DNA of 64,000 nucleotides, taken from the NCBI RefSeq assembly GCF_026210795.1, contig NC_089432.1, positions 3,782,001 through 3,846,000 on the forward strand, given 5' to 3'. The position numbers were made by a program, and so were the translations under genes. The DNA is from Rhizophagus irregularis (Eukaryota). The notes under the pieces are model-generated. The model had not been told where the DNA came from. It worked only from the letters and a program-made list of their open reading frames with translations, and did no database searches. Numbering within the stretch: the first letter of the stretch is position 1; each line of letters opens with the position of its first letter. Shown here one piece after another: positions 11,712 through 24,616 of this stretch.

Positions 11712-12956
11712 TCTTATATTCGTGATTTGACCTCACTAATATCTCTTGATCATTAATTTGAAGGCCGAAATTAGTTAACTTGGATTGAATTTGGTTGTCT
11801 TTAATATTTTTCAGATTATATAATTCTCTCATATGGACGATAGCATTTGGCGCTGTCCTAAATCCAATAATCTTTTTTTTTTCCGGTTAACAAAATTATT
11901 TATTAAAGAAATTACAAATATGCCATTAGTTTGATACAAGTTATAGAAATACTATATAAACAAAAATACTAAACTAATCCTAAATCCAATAATCTAAATC
12001 TAAGATATTAAATTCGCGAGCAAAGTTTTCATGTAGATCACGACCGACGATCGTTTACCTGGGTCACTTTATATTATTAAAAAATATAAAAAAAAATTGT
12101 AATACAGTATTTTAAAGAGTACAACAGATTACCAAATAGGAAAAAGGTTATTGTCTGTTTTTTACTCTATGATAACAATACTAATAACAAAGCACATATG
12201 AAATTATTTTTTAAAAATTAGAATGGTATCTATTCAATTTCAAATCTTTCTTTCGTCAATGTTTCATATTTATAAAGAAATTTCATTTCTTTTTATTTTA
12301 AAATCTATCTATCAGCAGAATAAACCAAATATGTTTAAACGAAATTTCGAAAATCATCTGAACGATTGACACAAGACTGACAACAAATCTCGACAATCCA
12401 AAATCTTGACAAGTCAAAATAAATTATACCGACAAGTTGATTATTCTGACAATTTTAAAACAAAATTATAAAATTTACCACATTTAAACTAAATATTACA
12501 TATTGCAACAATTGTCAGGATTTTGGATTATCGAAATTCGTGCAACGAGATTTTGATCGGATACCAAACAGATAAAGCACTAGTTCAAAAACTGCATATA
12601 TCTTTTTTTGGGTAGAATAAGTAAGAACACAATACTTTAAAAATGAATAATACCATTTGTATAGTACAGTATAATTCCTAGAGAATTTAGTGATTATACT
12701 ATACGATCACAAAATTATCTTCCTAAATTAATAATTTTGGTGTTGACGCGTTGTAATTGGCTTTTCGGATACCGAGTACCAACGAGATAATATTTATAAA
12801 ATATTTCACATTTAAAATATTTTAAACGCAAATTTAATAAATATAAAATAAAAAATTTAAAATAAAAATAAAATTATTATTAATTAACTAATTGATTTAC
12901 TTATTATTAATTAAAGATTCGTGTAAAATAGGTACATCAAATACTTATAAAAAACT

Positions 12957-13448
12957 CTAAAAGTCAGGTACAGCAGAAGATTCACTATCACCAATAATCT
13001 TAGCAACTGAACAGGCGTATGGTTTTGTTAGTTCATGATGTCCAATTAAAATTCCAATAGTGTATAATAAAGGCAATTCTGGTGTAGTGCATTTCTGCGT
13101 TATAGAAAATGCTTTTCCGGCTTTAATCGGACAAGTAACTCCAGGTCTTGTACAAATATCAAACCAATGGGTATCTCCTATGGGTCGTTGCTCGTAAAGA
13201 TCGTAGAATATAAAAGCAAGCCAATCTCCAGCGATAATATTGGTTTTCATTGTTCCTTTAATAACAAACGTTTCTTCTGTGTTAGAAACGGGAGGATCAG
13301 GTGTCATGTTTACATCGAGTACCACTACATCTGGAAAATCGGAACATTGTTGAAATTGAGTTTCTCTTTTTTCAAGTGCAAGTGGTGCTGCATTGACCGC
13401 AAAAAGCGTAGCAAATAAAACGAATGCCAAAATAAAAATTCGACTCAT
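12957..13448 (-). CDS. Secreted ML (MD-2-related lipid recognition, NPC2-like) domain protein
   Basis: Signal peptide MSRIFILAFVLFATLFAVNA, Kex2-like KR, FQQC...LDVNMTPDPP, DIC...CPIKAG and C-terminal AC motif; intronless, 163 aa. Confidence 0.9.
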   Translation of the reverse strand: MSRIFILAFVLFATLFAVNAAPLALEKRETQFQQCSDFPDVVVLDVNMTPDPPVSNTEETFVIKGTMKTNIIAGDWLAFIFYDLYEQRPIGDTHWFDICTRPGVTCPIKAGKAFSITQKCTTPELPLLYTIGILIGHHELTKPYACSVAKIIGDSESSAVPDF

Positions 13449-13630
13449 GATTACTTAAATTTTCTTGTAATCAGATTTTTATTAAAATAATTATCTTTTA
13501 TAAGAAAAATACAACAACCACAAAAGATTTATTTTGTTTCATCTTCGTATTAATTTTATTAATTTGCAAATCTAGAAATCTAGAATCTATATCATCATGC
13601 TATACATCAATCATGTTAGAAGAAAATCAT

Positions 13631-13980
13631 CCCTATAAAAAATGTTTGTCCGATAAATATTCGGAATGGGGTCAATTTTCCGGACACTCGCACGCTATTA
13701 TACAATGTTTGTTACAATTTAATACAAGATCCCTATAAAAAATTTTTCAGAAAAATGATCACATGTCTGAGTTTCTTTGGAATAAAAACTAGAAAAATGA
13801 TCATTTATTAAAGTTTTTCCCAGAAGTTTTTTTATAGGGGTTGCGGAGACTGAGAAGTTTTAACACATAAATAAAAAACGTACAATATCATGATTAACGT
13901 CCAATAAATGTCAAGTAAATGTTCGGAATGGGATCCGCGATTTTCCGAACAAAAAACCGAATAGTATATTTTTTATAGGG
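13631..13980. mobile_element. MITE with CCCTATAAAAA TIRs and 3-bp TSD, containing a nested element with the same TIRs (13731-13839)
   Basis: cat|ccctataaaaaa...tttttataggg|cat; a second ccctataaaaaa...tttttataggg pair lies inside. Confidence 0.75.
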
Positions 13981-15097
13981 CATACTAAAATAATAATTAT
14001 GTATTACTGCGTTGGATATCTTAACTAATTTCGTTTTTGTTTAAAAAAAAAAATTTTTAGACATATCTGGTCGTTGTTTCTTTAGATAAGAAAGCGGCTG
14101 TGCTTTGTTTATAACATAAGAAGTAATGATGAAATTTCAGCCGTCAGAATTTAAAAAAGGATATGGGAGGAGTGTAGAAATTTGAATTTTGTAGATCAGT
14201 AAAAAATTTTTATCTTTTTAAAAATCAGCTAACATACTAATAACAAAGCATATGAAATTATTTTTAAAAAAATTATTTCTAACTAAAACAAGAGAAAAAT
14301 TAGGACTATAATTTAGGAGTAAGAGGTAGGTTTCATTTCTTTTTCATTTTAAAATTTATCTATCAGCAGAATAAACCAAATATGTTTAATTGGTTTTTGT
14401 ACGAAATCTCGAAACGACTGAGACAAGACCGACAACAAATCTCAACAATCCAAAGTCTTGACAAGTCAAAATCCTGACAAGTCAATATACCGACAAATCA
14501 TTATACCGACAAGTTGATTATTCTAACAAAATTATAAAATTTACCACATTTAACTAAATATTACATATTGCAACAAATTATTTTATTAGAACACTCATCA
14601 TTAGATTTACAAAATTGTCGATGGATTGTCGAGATTTTGTTGTCGTCTTGTGCTCGTGCAAGTGACTGTCGAGATTTTGATCGGATACCATAAAAAAATA
14701 CGGTATATAATACATTCGGATAAAGCACTAGTTCAAAAACTGCATATATCTTTTTTTGGGTAAAATAAGTAAGAACACAGTACTTAAATGAATAATAGCA
14801 TCTGTATAGTACAGTATAGTGCCTAGAGAATTTAGTGATTACACTATACGATCACAAAATTATCTTCCTAAATTAATAATTTTGGTGTTGACGCGTTGTA
14901 ATTGGCTTTTCAGATACCGAGTACCAACGAGATAATATTTATAAAATGTTTCACATTTAAAATATTTAAACGCAAATTTAATAAATATAAAAAAAAAAAA
15001 TTTTAAATAACAATAAAATTATTATTAATTAATTAACTAATTAATTTACTTATTATTAATTAAAATTCGCGTAAATTAAAATAGGTACATCAAATAA

Positions 15098-15590
15098 TTA
15101 TAAAAAACTCCAAAAGTCAGGTACAGCAGAAGAATTATCAAAAGCAACTGAACAGGCGTATGGTTTTGTTTGTTCATGATGTCCAATTAAAATTCCAATA
15201 GCGTATGGTATTGTCAATTCTGGTGTAGTGCATTTCTGCGTTATAGAAAATGCTTTTCCGGCTTTAATCGGACAAGTAACTCCAGGCATATCCACAAAAT
15301 GGGTATCTCCTATTAGTTTTTTCGCGACAACATCGACGAATGCAATCCCAAGCCAATCTCCAGCGACAATATCTTTTTCATTGTTCCTTTAATGTCAAAC
15401 GTTTCTTCTGTGTTAGGAACGACAGGATCAGCCGATCAGGTGTCATTTTTATATTGAGTCCCACTACATCTGGTGGCAAATTGGGACATGGTTGAAATTA
15501 AGTTTCTCTTTTTTCAAGTTCAAGTGGTGCTGCATTGACCGCAAAAAGCGTAGCAAATAAAAGGAATGCCAAAATAAAAATTCGACTCAT
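15098..15590 (-). pseudogene. ML-domain pseudogene, tandem paralog of 12957-13448
   Basis: Same ATG and signal peptide; CAA>TAA at codon 31 (15498-15500) plus indels near 15380-15440. Confidence 0.9.
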
Positions 15591-15830
15591 GATTACTTAA
15601 ATTTTCATGTAATTAGATTTTTATTAAAATAAATGTTTTTTTATTTTTTTTTTTGAATTCGGATTAAATCAGTTACTTCTTTTATAAGAAAAAAACAACA
15701 ACCAAAAGATTTACTTTGTTTCATCTTTTCTTTTTCGTATTAATTTTATTAATTTGCAAATCTAGAATTCTAGTATCTATATCATCGTGCTACATATCAA
15801 TCATGTTCGGTGTATCCGATCTTAGTATAG

Positions 15831-16220
15831 TAGTATGATTTTGTAAAATAGTATGTATATTGCATTTTTTGTTAGTACGTATGATTTTAAATTGTACGTA
15901 CTACTTTGATTGTTAAATATAGAAAAATTGTACGTATGTAGTGAAAAAAAATCATATACACGTATATAAATCATACTTTTTTACCAGCCTCGTCATACAC
16001 TTTTTCGATGGCGCTCGTTCCTTTTTTAAAATATGAAAATAAAAATTTAAATTAATATTTTTATTTTTTATACTAGCATATCGTTATTTATGTGCATTTA
16101 TCTTTAAATAAATACTATCATACATACATATTATTATATATTGTGATAAGTATATGTACCATAAAAAATCATACAAAGTAAAATTCCACAAACATGATAC
16201 TAACTTACAAAATCGTACTA
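15831..16220. mobile_element. Degenerate MITE-like inverted repeat element
   Basis: tagtatgattttgtaa ... ttacaaaatcgtacta; no TSD confirmed. Confidence 0.4.
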
Positions 16221-19200
16221 TACAATATAATATACTCTGGGCTTACTTAATTATCACATAAACGCCGATCATTTTTTAATTTCATCACATACTCGCATTT
16301 TATAAAATACTATTGTTTGTTAGTTTTTCAGATATGTTTATTTTATTATAAAATTTAATAAATGGTGATCAAAAGAAATTTTTAGCGCGTCGATAGTAAT
16401 AATAGCGAAAACTATAGCTAGACATTAAATATAAATTTAAATAAACAAATTAGATACTAGTAAACAAGAGATACTTCGTTGTTCTACGTATATCAAATAA
16501 AATAGTTATTTCTTACTATATCTTTTTCAATTACAATAATAATATTTATTTGTTTTTTTTACCCGCTTGAATAATTCTGATTCATAGCACACATCGAAAT
16601 TAACGGTACATTATCACGTTTCACCAATCCCAACCCGCTTAAACAAATCACTTAGATTTATACCACACCTTTTAGTAATATGCCTGTACAGCATTGACTA
16701 GTTGGTTGATAAATATAAATAGTCGTGATAGTAATCACGAAATGAAACTGTCATCTGATTTGTAGAAAAATGATAAATTATGGGATGAGGAAAATCCACG
16801 ACTACACGCAATAATTCTACAAATGCACACACGTGATTTTGTGCGACCTGTTTTTTTTTCATTACTACTCATAATAAATATTGCCAAATAATGATGAAAT
16901 TACTTGTTAATTATACAAATAAATAACATAAATATCATATATATATATATGTAGATAATGTAATTTAATAATAAATGAATATTATATTTAATATCCAACT
17001 GACTTTATTATATAAATAAATCCCATGATAAATTTATGCTCACCTGTGCCCAGTCCCGATGGAGTGCATGTATGGAGAGCTGACTGAATTGTTTTAAACA
17101 AATTTACTTACCTTTATCTTCCTCGGCGCTTAAAACTAGTTTTATTTTGTTTTAAAAATTTTAGAATGATTACAGTTTGTGTCGAATATCTAAATTCATG
17201 TTATATGCTTTTACCTTTCTCATTACTTTGAGCCATTGCTGAATAATTATATTAAAATTCTTAAATAACAGGTAAATATGCAGTGCTTTATATTTCCTTA
17301 TTAACCGCCTTTACTAAAGCATATAATTAACCAGAATGAAAAATCACTTTAAAATTTTCTTTTAGAAAAATCATTGGAGATCAAAATGCACTTGAAAAGG
17401 AGCTGATCATATAAAAACTTATACTGATTATGAACAATACTGACTTTTCGTTTATTTTTATAATATATATTTTATTTTTATTTTTAGGATCATGACAGAT
17501 ATTTTTATATATTTCGAAAGAAAAATGGTTGTGCCGCCACGGACACGGAACACCATATGGAACACCAAATCACGGATATGGATACCAAAATAGTTCAGAT
17601 TATGCAACGGCATGTAAAAGTTGTGTAAGTTGTGTCAACAGGATAGTACCTGATAATGCCGGGTAATTTCCTTTTTTATTGTTAGTTTTCTACTCTTCAA
17701 AAAATTACAATATATCAAGGTTATATGGTAAAAAGTAAAGTTGATAGAATATAATTAGAAAATCTTTTCATAAGTCTTTAATTTCATGTAAAAATATAAT
17801 TGCATTTAGTATTTTTTTTTTTAAGGGACACGTAATTTTTGCAGTACCGAAATTACGATCTCAGTAATGATTTGCTCAATAAAAAAAAACATTATAAATA
17901 ATTTTCAAACAAAATTTCTACTAATGCAACAATAAATAAGAGTTTATTATAAATAAGGTATCAAACATAGAAAACTAAACTATGTTTCTTTCACAGCATA
18001 TTATTTTGTTTATTTTTATGGTTTCATAATGAGTCATTGTGCAATTATCCAGGTTTCAGAAATTTCGCCAGAACTCTTGCACTGCGTAAATGTGCAATGT
18101 TACACCTTTTATATGGGCGATTTTTGGAATTAATGACACACCTGGGAAGGACTTATATATATTTGGCGCACCTCTTTACCTGGAAGAATTGGTTAATATA
18201 TATGAACTATAAAAGCAGACTTTTATTTCCTATAATTATCGACGCAATATGAAGTAGGACTTATTGTAAAATATATTCCATAATGAAAAGTGATAAAATG
18301 TAAAATATTTTTTAAACCAATTAACTAAGTTAAATTTCAAATTTTGATGTATGCGATAATGATTTTTCTTTTTCTATTTGTAAGATATTCCAAGAACTTT
18401 AGAAAATTATAATATTAGCTTGAGTAAAGAAGTCCTAAATAGAACAAAATGCGTTAAACATATAGTAACATATTAATAAACATTACAAATTATAACAAAA
18501 AGTAAACAGAAAATATATATATTGTATAATGACTGTACATTATTTCAATTTTTATATTATAAGACATTGAATGAGTATAGAGATCGTTATTGCAATGTTC
18601 CAATAATAAAATTTATCTTGGTTGAAAGATTTGAAAATCTGTCCCAACAATATTGATACCAATTAACTATATACGACAATAACAATGTAAACGGTAAGTT
18701 ACTCTTTCAATTAAATAAATAGCAAAGTTCTAACGTACCCAACATAATACACTTAGAATTATCTCAACGACAAAGTTTCGTTTGCATACGATAACAAGAT
18801 ATGAAAGTTATTATTCGCGATAAATTCTAATCTAACTAAAGATGATAAAACCTACCACGAATTGAAACCAAATTCCGTAAACAAAAAAAAAATTTAAATT
18901 TTTCTAAAAATACTTAACGTAAATAAACTTGGAAAGATTCTTAACTAGTATTCCAACAAATCAATAACCTTCGTTGTCTAGAACCACCTGACTTCGAATT
19001 TTTTTCTTAATAGCAGAATCTAAACTTTTGCTGCTAGCTTGTTATATACTAAGATAATTTCATTTCCTTTCGCATATTTGCATATATTATTTTAGAATAA
19101 TAAATACATTTTTTTTATATCGGTCTAGATTTTTGTGATTTTAGCGATTGTCAAAATGTAGAGACATATTTTATATAATACGAGTAGTGAAATTATATAA

Positions 19201-20273
19201 GTTAATTTTATTAATTGTGAAATAAGAATATTTCATCATTATTAAATAATTATATCATTTTATATTTTGAAAAATGATCATTAATCCTACAAAGTGGCGC
19301 AAGTGGCGCATGGGTGTTTCGATCATTTATTACTATTGCTAACGACAATCTGTTGAAAAAAAAAATCATAAATAGTAAAATTTTTATTTTGTTAAAATTT
19401 AATTGATGTTTCGTAAAATTAGTTTGCAAAAAAATCCGAAATGTTGACTTATCCATAAATTAACTTTCGTTTATCATTCGCGTTACAGTAATATTAAGTT
19501 ATTTTAACCTTATTTCTTATTTTAGTTTTCGATATACGTTTTTATTTATTTGTTACCCTTTACAGTTTTCAATTGAGTTTATCCCATTAAATTCTATTAA
19601 TTTATTTTTTTTTCACTGAAAATGACAGCTTATTAAACTTCTACATATTTATATTACTGATGTGGAAAGATGATTTAATTTAAAATGAATGACATAATAA
19701 TAGACACAAAATTTATTTTATAATAAGAAAATATATATAAGAAAAATTACTTACATAAAATAGTTTAAAGTTTTACAATTTAATAATTATATAAATTATT
19801 GATTTTTTTTAAACTATTTTGTGCACCTTGATTTCCTTGTTTGGCGGATTTTTCAAACCAATAAATTGATTTTAAAAAATAACCTACAGTATATACGATA
19901 ATATATTATGTTATTTTGTCTAAATTAGTTATGAAACTCTTAAATTAAATTACCTGCGAAGAAAAGTATTCAAAAATTAAATGTTAAATTGTAAATTAAG
20001 AAATAAATGAAAAGTTACAATTAGTAACATTATTATTACAGTATTCGATCATAATTCAGTAAACATTACATTTTATCTGTTTGTAATAAAAATAATTGTA
20101 ATTAATGTTAAAATAAATTTTATTTATTTATTTATTGAGTAGGGAAAAGTGAAAGAGGCGGAACTGTTTTTGATCAAAAAACATTTGATATCAACTGACT
20201 TTTTTTATTTTTGCTTTAGATTTGCGGTTTACTTTTTTTTTATTATATTTAAAAATTTCTTCCAAAAGATAAG

Positions 20274-20706
20274 TAGGGTTTGATCATCAGTCATCAGACC
20301 AATTATATGATGACAAATTACATATTATTAATCAAAGTTTCGGCCATTTTGGAATATCAAGATTTTCAGGTTTAGGTACGAGAAATAAAATAATTTTTTA
20401 ACCATTCGTATGGGCCGATATGACTCATTGCATACATAGTAATGGGGAATCAAACACTATTAAATTATCACATGCAAACGAACATATCCGCCGATATGTG
20501 CAGATTTACAATTTTTTTTTTAAAATGGACCAGTATTTTTATTCTCATTTGAACCATACTTTATAGATAACAATGAAAACAATAATAAATTAAGCTCAAA
20601 AATTGTGACCTTTATTTCTTTTGTTTTGCTGATCAACTATAAACCGCCATTATAAATAAAATAAAGGACTTGGGCTGAAAGACCGGTCTTTTGTGATCCA
20701 ACCCTA
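20274..20706. mobile_element. Degenerate hAT-like MITE (same family as 33399-33947)
   Basis: TAGGGTTTGATC...GATCCAACCCTA termini; internal blocks shared with 33399-33947; TSD not retained. Confidence 0.65.
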
Positions 20707-20889
20707 ATTCATATATTATAAAATAAAGATATATAGAATATTTATGTTTTTGAGGTAATGTATTCATTATCTTGAATTTTTTAAAAAATTAGCGTTGTAA
20801 ATTAATAATTGCTGATTTTTTTGACCTATTTTGTGATCAATATAAATATGATTACATGAGACTACGCGTCGCAATCGTCGCATCCTGAT

Positions 20890-21213
20890 TTATTCCTGAT
20901 TTCCTTGTTTTACAGATTTTTCATACCAAATAAATTGCTTTTTATCTATGTCTTTTGTAATTCCATCTCCTTTTTCATATATTGAAGCAAGATTTACATC
21001 ATTTGCTAAATTTGCAGCATTTTGATATAATTCAAATGCTTTTTGATTGTCAATTTTAGTTCCGATACCTTCATCATACATAACAATATCCCAACATCAA
21101 TATTCCATTTGAATACTCTTCTTCAGTTGTAAATAATTCAAAAATCTTTTTCAACATCTATTGCATTTTTATAACATATACTAAGAATATACATTGCTAT
21201 CATAATACCGTTA
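20890..21213 (-). pseudogene. Sel1-repeat fragment (3' end of a kinase-Sel1 gene)
   Basis: GIGTKIDNQKAFELYQNAANL...YEKGDGITKDIDK...WYEKS, close to 29121-29500, with deletions and frameshifts. Confidence 0.85.
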
Positions 21214-24080
21214 GTTTTAATGATCAGATACTGACCGTGAACATAGAATTAAAACTCATTTTATCGTTCAAGGTTATGAAACAGAAATTAAAAATCTTAA
21301 AATCAGATTTCTGAACTTTTAGAAGCTTCTCATCATCCACGTAAATCTTCCTTGGCTGGAACACCACCAGGAAGAGATTCTTCGATCCTCATATTTATTC
21401 ACTTGATGATGTTATTCATCGTCTTAATAATAATGATGACAATAATAATAATAATAATAAAGAGAATGCTGAGAAGAAAGGTAAAAAAGAAGAAGAAACG
21501 TTCTTCAAAGGAAAGTAAGATAAGATCTGATGGTCACTTCCTAGTTTCCAATTCGACTTCTACTAAAATCTCACCTATTGGTCCTTCTTCATCTCATCAA
21601 CTTGGACATGTCGTCAATGATCAAAATTTGGAAGAAACTAAAATCTTATTCACAAAATATGATGATAAAGAAAACGCTGAAGAAGGAGATGATGAAAATT
21701 TGAAAGTTGAATTATTCAAATTAACTCAAAAATTAAGAAGACGTAGCAAAGACCAGAGATAAGCTTGAAAAGGACAAGGAACAACTCAGACGAGATTACA
21801 TGATAATAAGGAGTGAAGGCTCTTTACATGATGGTCCTATTTAAGTCAATTAATAAAACAACCCTCATCAACTAGGAGAACTACTTAAGAGTGAAAGTTA
21901 TGTTGATCAATTGATTCGCAATCATCAAAAAGAAAAAATTGATTTCTCCGATCAATGGTTCAACTAAATATTCTCAAGGTGGCACTGGCTGCTAATCTCA
22001 ACAAGAACATACCGTTATTGATCTTACCCGTACGGTACATCAAATTCAAGCTGATATTGCCATTAAAGAACAACTCGTTTCACAATTGGAACGTGCTGAA
22101 CAAGAATATACTAATATGAAAGCTCAATAGAACATGCTGCTGTTGAACGTGGAATCGAAATTGAAACAATACTCAAGAGTATGCGTGCTCAAATTAAACA
22201 ACTAAAAAGTGAAAAGATGCGAATGATGAAGCGTATGAAAGATGAAGCTGAACGTGTCCGTGAAATAACTGAACATAATCAACGTGAAATTCAAAGTCTT
22301 CGTCGTAAAGAAAAAGCTGCCCAAGAACAAAAGTAAGAACTAATGAAATGCAAAAAAATTATGCTTGAAAAGAGACAGGAAGAAGTTTCACTAACGAACA
22401 TTAAACTTAAATCAGTTATGGAATTACTCAAACGAACCACTACTCCAAAGTCATTTACCAAGGCTTTCCGTAATCACATACGAAAACAATCAATATCTAG
22501 AAATGATGAAGACAGAAAGGAATCGGGACGATCCTCTGATGATTTTAGTCCTATCTATGATGAAGTATTTGCCAGTGGTTATGATAAGAAAAAACTTCTT
22601 GATGAAGAAATCTATAAATATATTAGTGATCGTCAAACATTGACAATGATGATGGATGAATGGATCGTTAAAAGAATAATTACAAGAGGAGAAGGATGAA
22701 TTATTTGTAGAACGTGAAAAGATAATTACTAGTGAAATTGGAAATGAGTTAGGAGGAGATGCTCAAGCATTAGATGATAAGATTGAGATGATCACCTCGG
22801 AAATTGCTTATATTAATGCTAAGATTCATTCTTTACAATTAAGTATTGCCGGTGAATATAGCAAAGAATCTGAAGATAAATCACGAAAGAATAGTATCAA
22901 GTCTAGTAAAATTGAACGAAATTTTGATGAATATGAAAGTTATACAATATTGGAATCCTTCTTTAAGGAAATTGTTGATTCTCGAACTGGAGATTGGTCT
23001 TGATGAATGACCTTAGAACAACAAGAAAAGACAATTATGGATTTAAGAAAAACTTTATTGGCCATGAGAAGAGCTGCAGTTCTTACAACAAGTGAATATG
23101 AAAAGAAAAACAGAGAACTTGAAGAAGCTTTACGTCTCGGTGAAAGATCACCAAGTCCATCAACTCTGGAAAAGAGAGAATTGCAGATGGATGATATTGA
23201 AAATAGTACTTTCAATGCCATTTCCTTATTTGATCATAAATTAGATCAAGCTTATGCAGAAGTCGAAGCTGCAGTATCAGCAGGAACTCTTGGAACTTCT
23301 GGTCAACTGGGAACGCAATTCATATCTCTTTGACGATGATGCAGCTTACTTCTCTTCACTATTGTTTGCAAGTCCAATGAATACTGGTAATAATAGTGCA
23401 AATTTCTTAAGACCACCAATACCTCCCGCTTGGTTAAATCTTCAACCACGTGAAAATGTGCTCGAACAAACTAATGAAACGATGCCAGATGTTCCAACAA
23501 ATCCAAGAAGAAAAGATTCTGGTAATAGTGAATCTAGTGGTGATAACAATAATAATGTAAAGAGAAGGATTTCAAATGGTCGAAGATTAAAGAGACCATC
23601 TAATGGTCCATCTACACCATCTACACCATCTACACCATAAGATGAAAACATTTCTCTTTTAGAATGTACAAGATCACTTAATAGTCAACCTTTAGAACGC
23701 ACAAAATCACTCAATAGTCAACCTTTAGAACGTACAAGGTCCATTAGTCAACCTTTGGAACGTACTAGATCCAGTGACCAACATTTAAAACGTGCCAGAG
23801 CTGGTGTTCAACTTTTAAGTTCACGACGAAGTTCGCTTTGTGATGGGTCAACAATTCTTGCACATAATCGACAAAGTAGTTCAATAAGCATGGGTTTCCA
23901 CTTAGAATCAGGTGGTGATGGTTTCACGTGATAGCGGATATTTTAGCAGCGGTGATAAGCGAAGATCACAAAGCAGTATGGAACGACGAGGTTCCAAAGT
24001 ATAACAGCAGCATATCATATACGACAAAGTCCATATGGATGTAGTTCACCCGATAGTGATGATGCAGCAAGCGTAACATA
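21211..24080 (+). pseudogene. Decayed duplicate of the kinesin stalk/tail (no motor domain)
   Basis: Colinear with ~41136-44400, with multiple stops, frameshifts and internal deletions (ORF pieces 21352, 22343, 22788, 23007, 23254). Confidence 0.95.
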
Positions 24081-24381
24081 TTTCGTGTATCATTTAAGCT
24101 ATTATTCAAGCAGTCCACATTACCAAGAATTTTTAAAATGAAAAGTTGGCTTGATAATAGAATTCTATTTGAATGCCAGAAAATTATTCACTTCTAGAAG
24201 AACAGAAACTTCAGTAATATAAAGCAGTAAAGACCTATTAATAAATTAGTTGAGGATGTTGAAAAATTTTAAAAAAGTGTACTACAGTATTCATTAACAT
24301 GGAAGGCCATACTAATATAACACTTGTTAATACAGTAATTTACCATTGTAAATTATTTTATTTAGTTTTTTTTAATTGTAA

Positions 24382-24616
24382 CTAGCCGTTGAACCCCGTT
24401 GCTCCGCAACGTCAGATAAACATACACGTGATTGGTACGACGGTCAAATGTTATACGCGATTTTATACAGTCTTTCGGGTGCACAGGTATAAATTCGTAG
24501 TCTAAACGTTACGGATACACAGGTATAAATTGTAGTCTAAACGTTACGGGATCACAGATATAAATATGTAATCTAAACGTGACTGTCACACAGGAAAACA
24601 ATTATTATATAGTAGA
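24382..24616 (-). mobile_element. Miniature non-autonomous Helitron
   Basis: Minus strand A|TCTACTATATAA ... hairpin cgttgc-gga-gcaacg ... CTAG|T; three internal ~36-bp tandem repeats (cacaggtataaat..gtagtctaaacgt). Confidence 0.85.

Noticed and set aside
17160..17670. Possible remnant exons of a small Cys/Gly-containing protein
   Set aside because: No consistent reading frame or recognisable family could be built.
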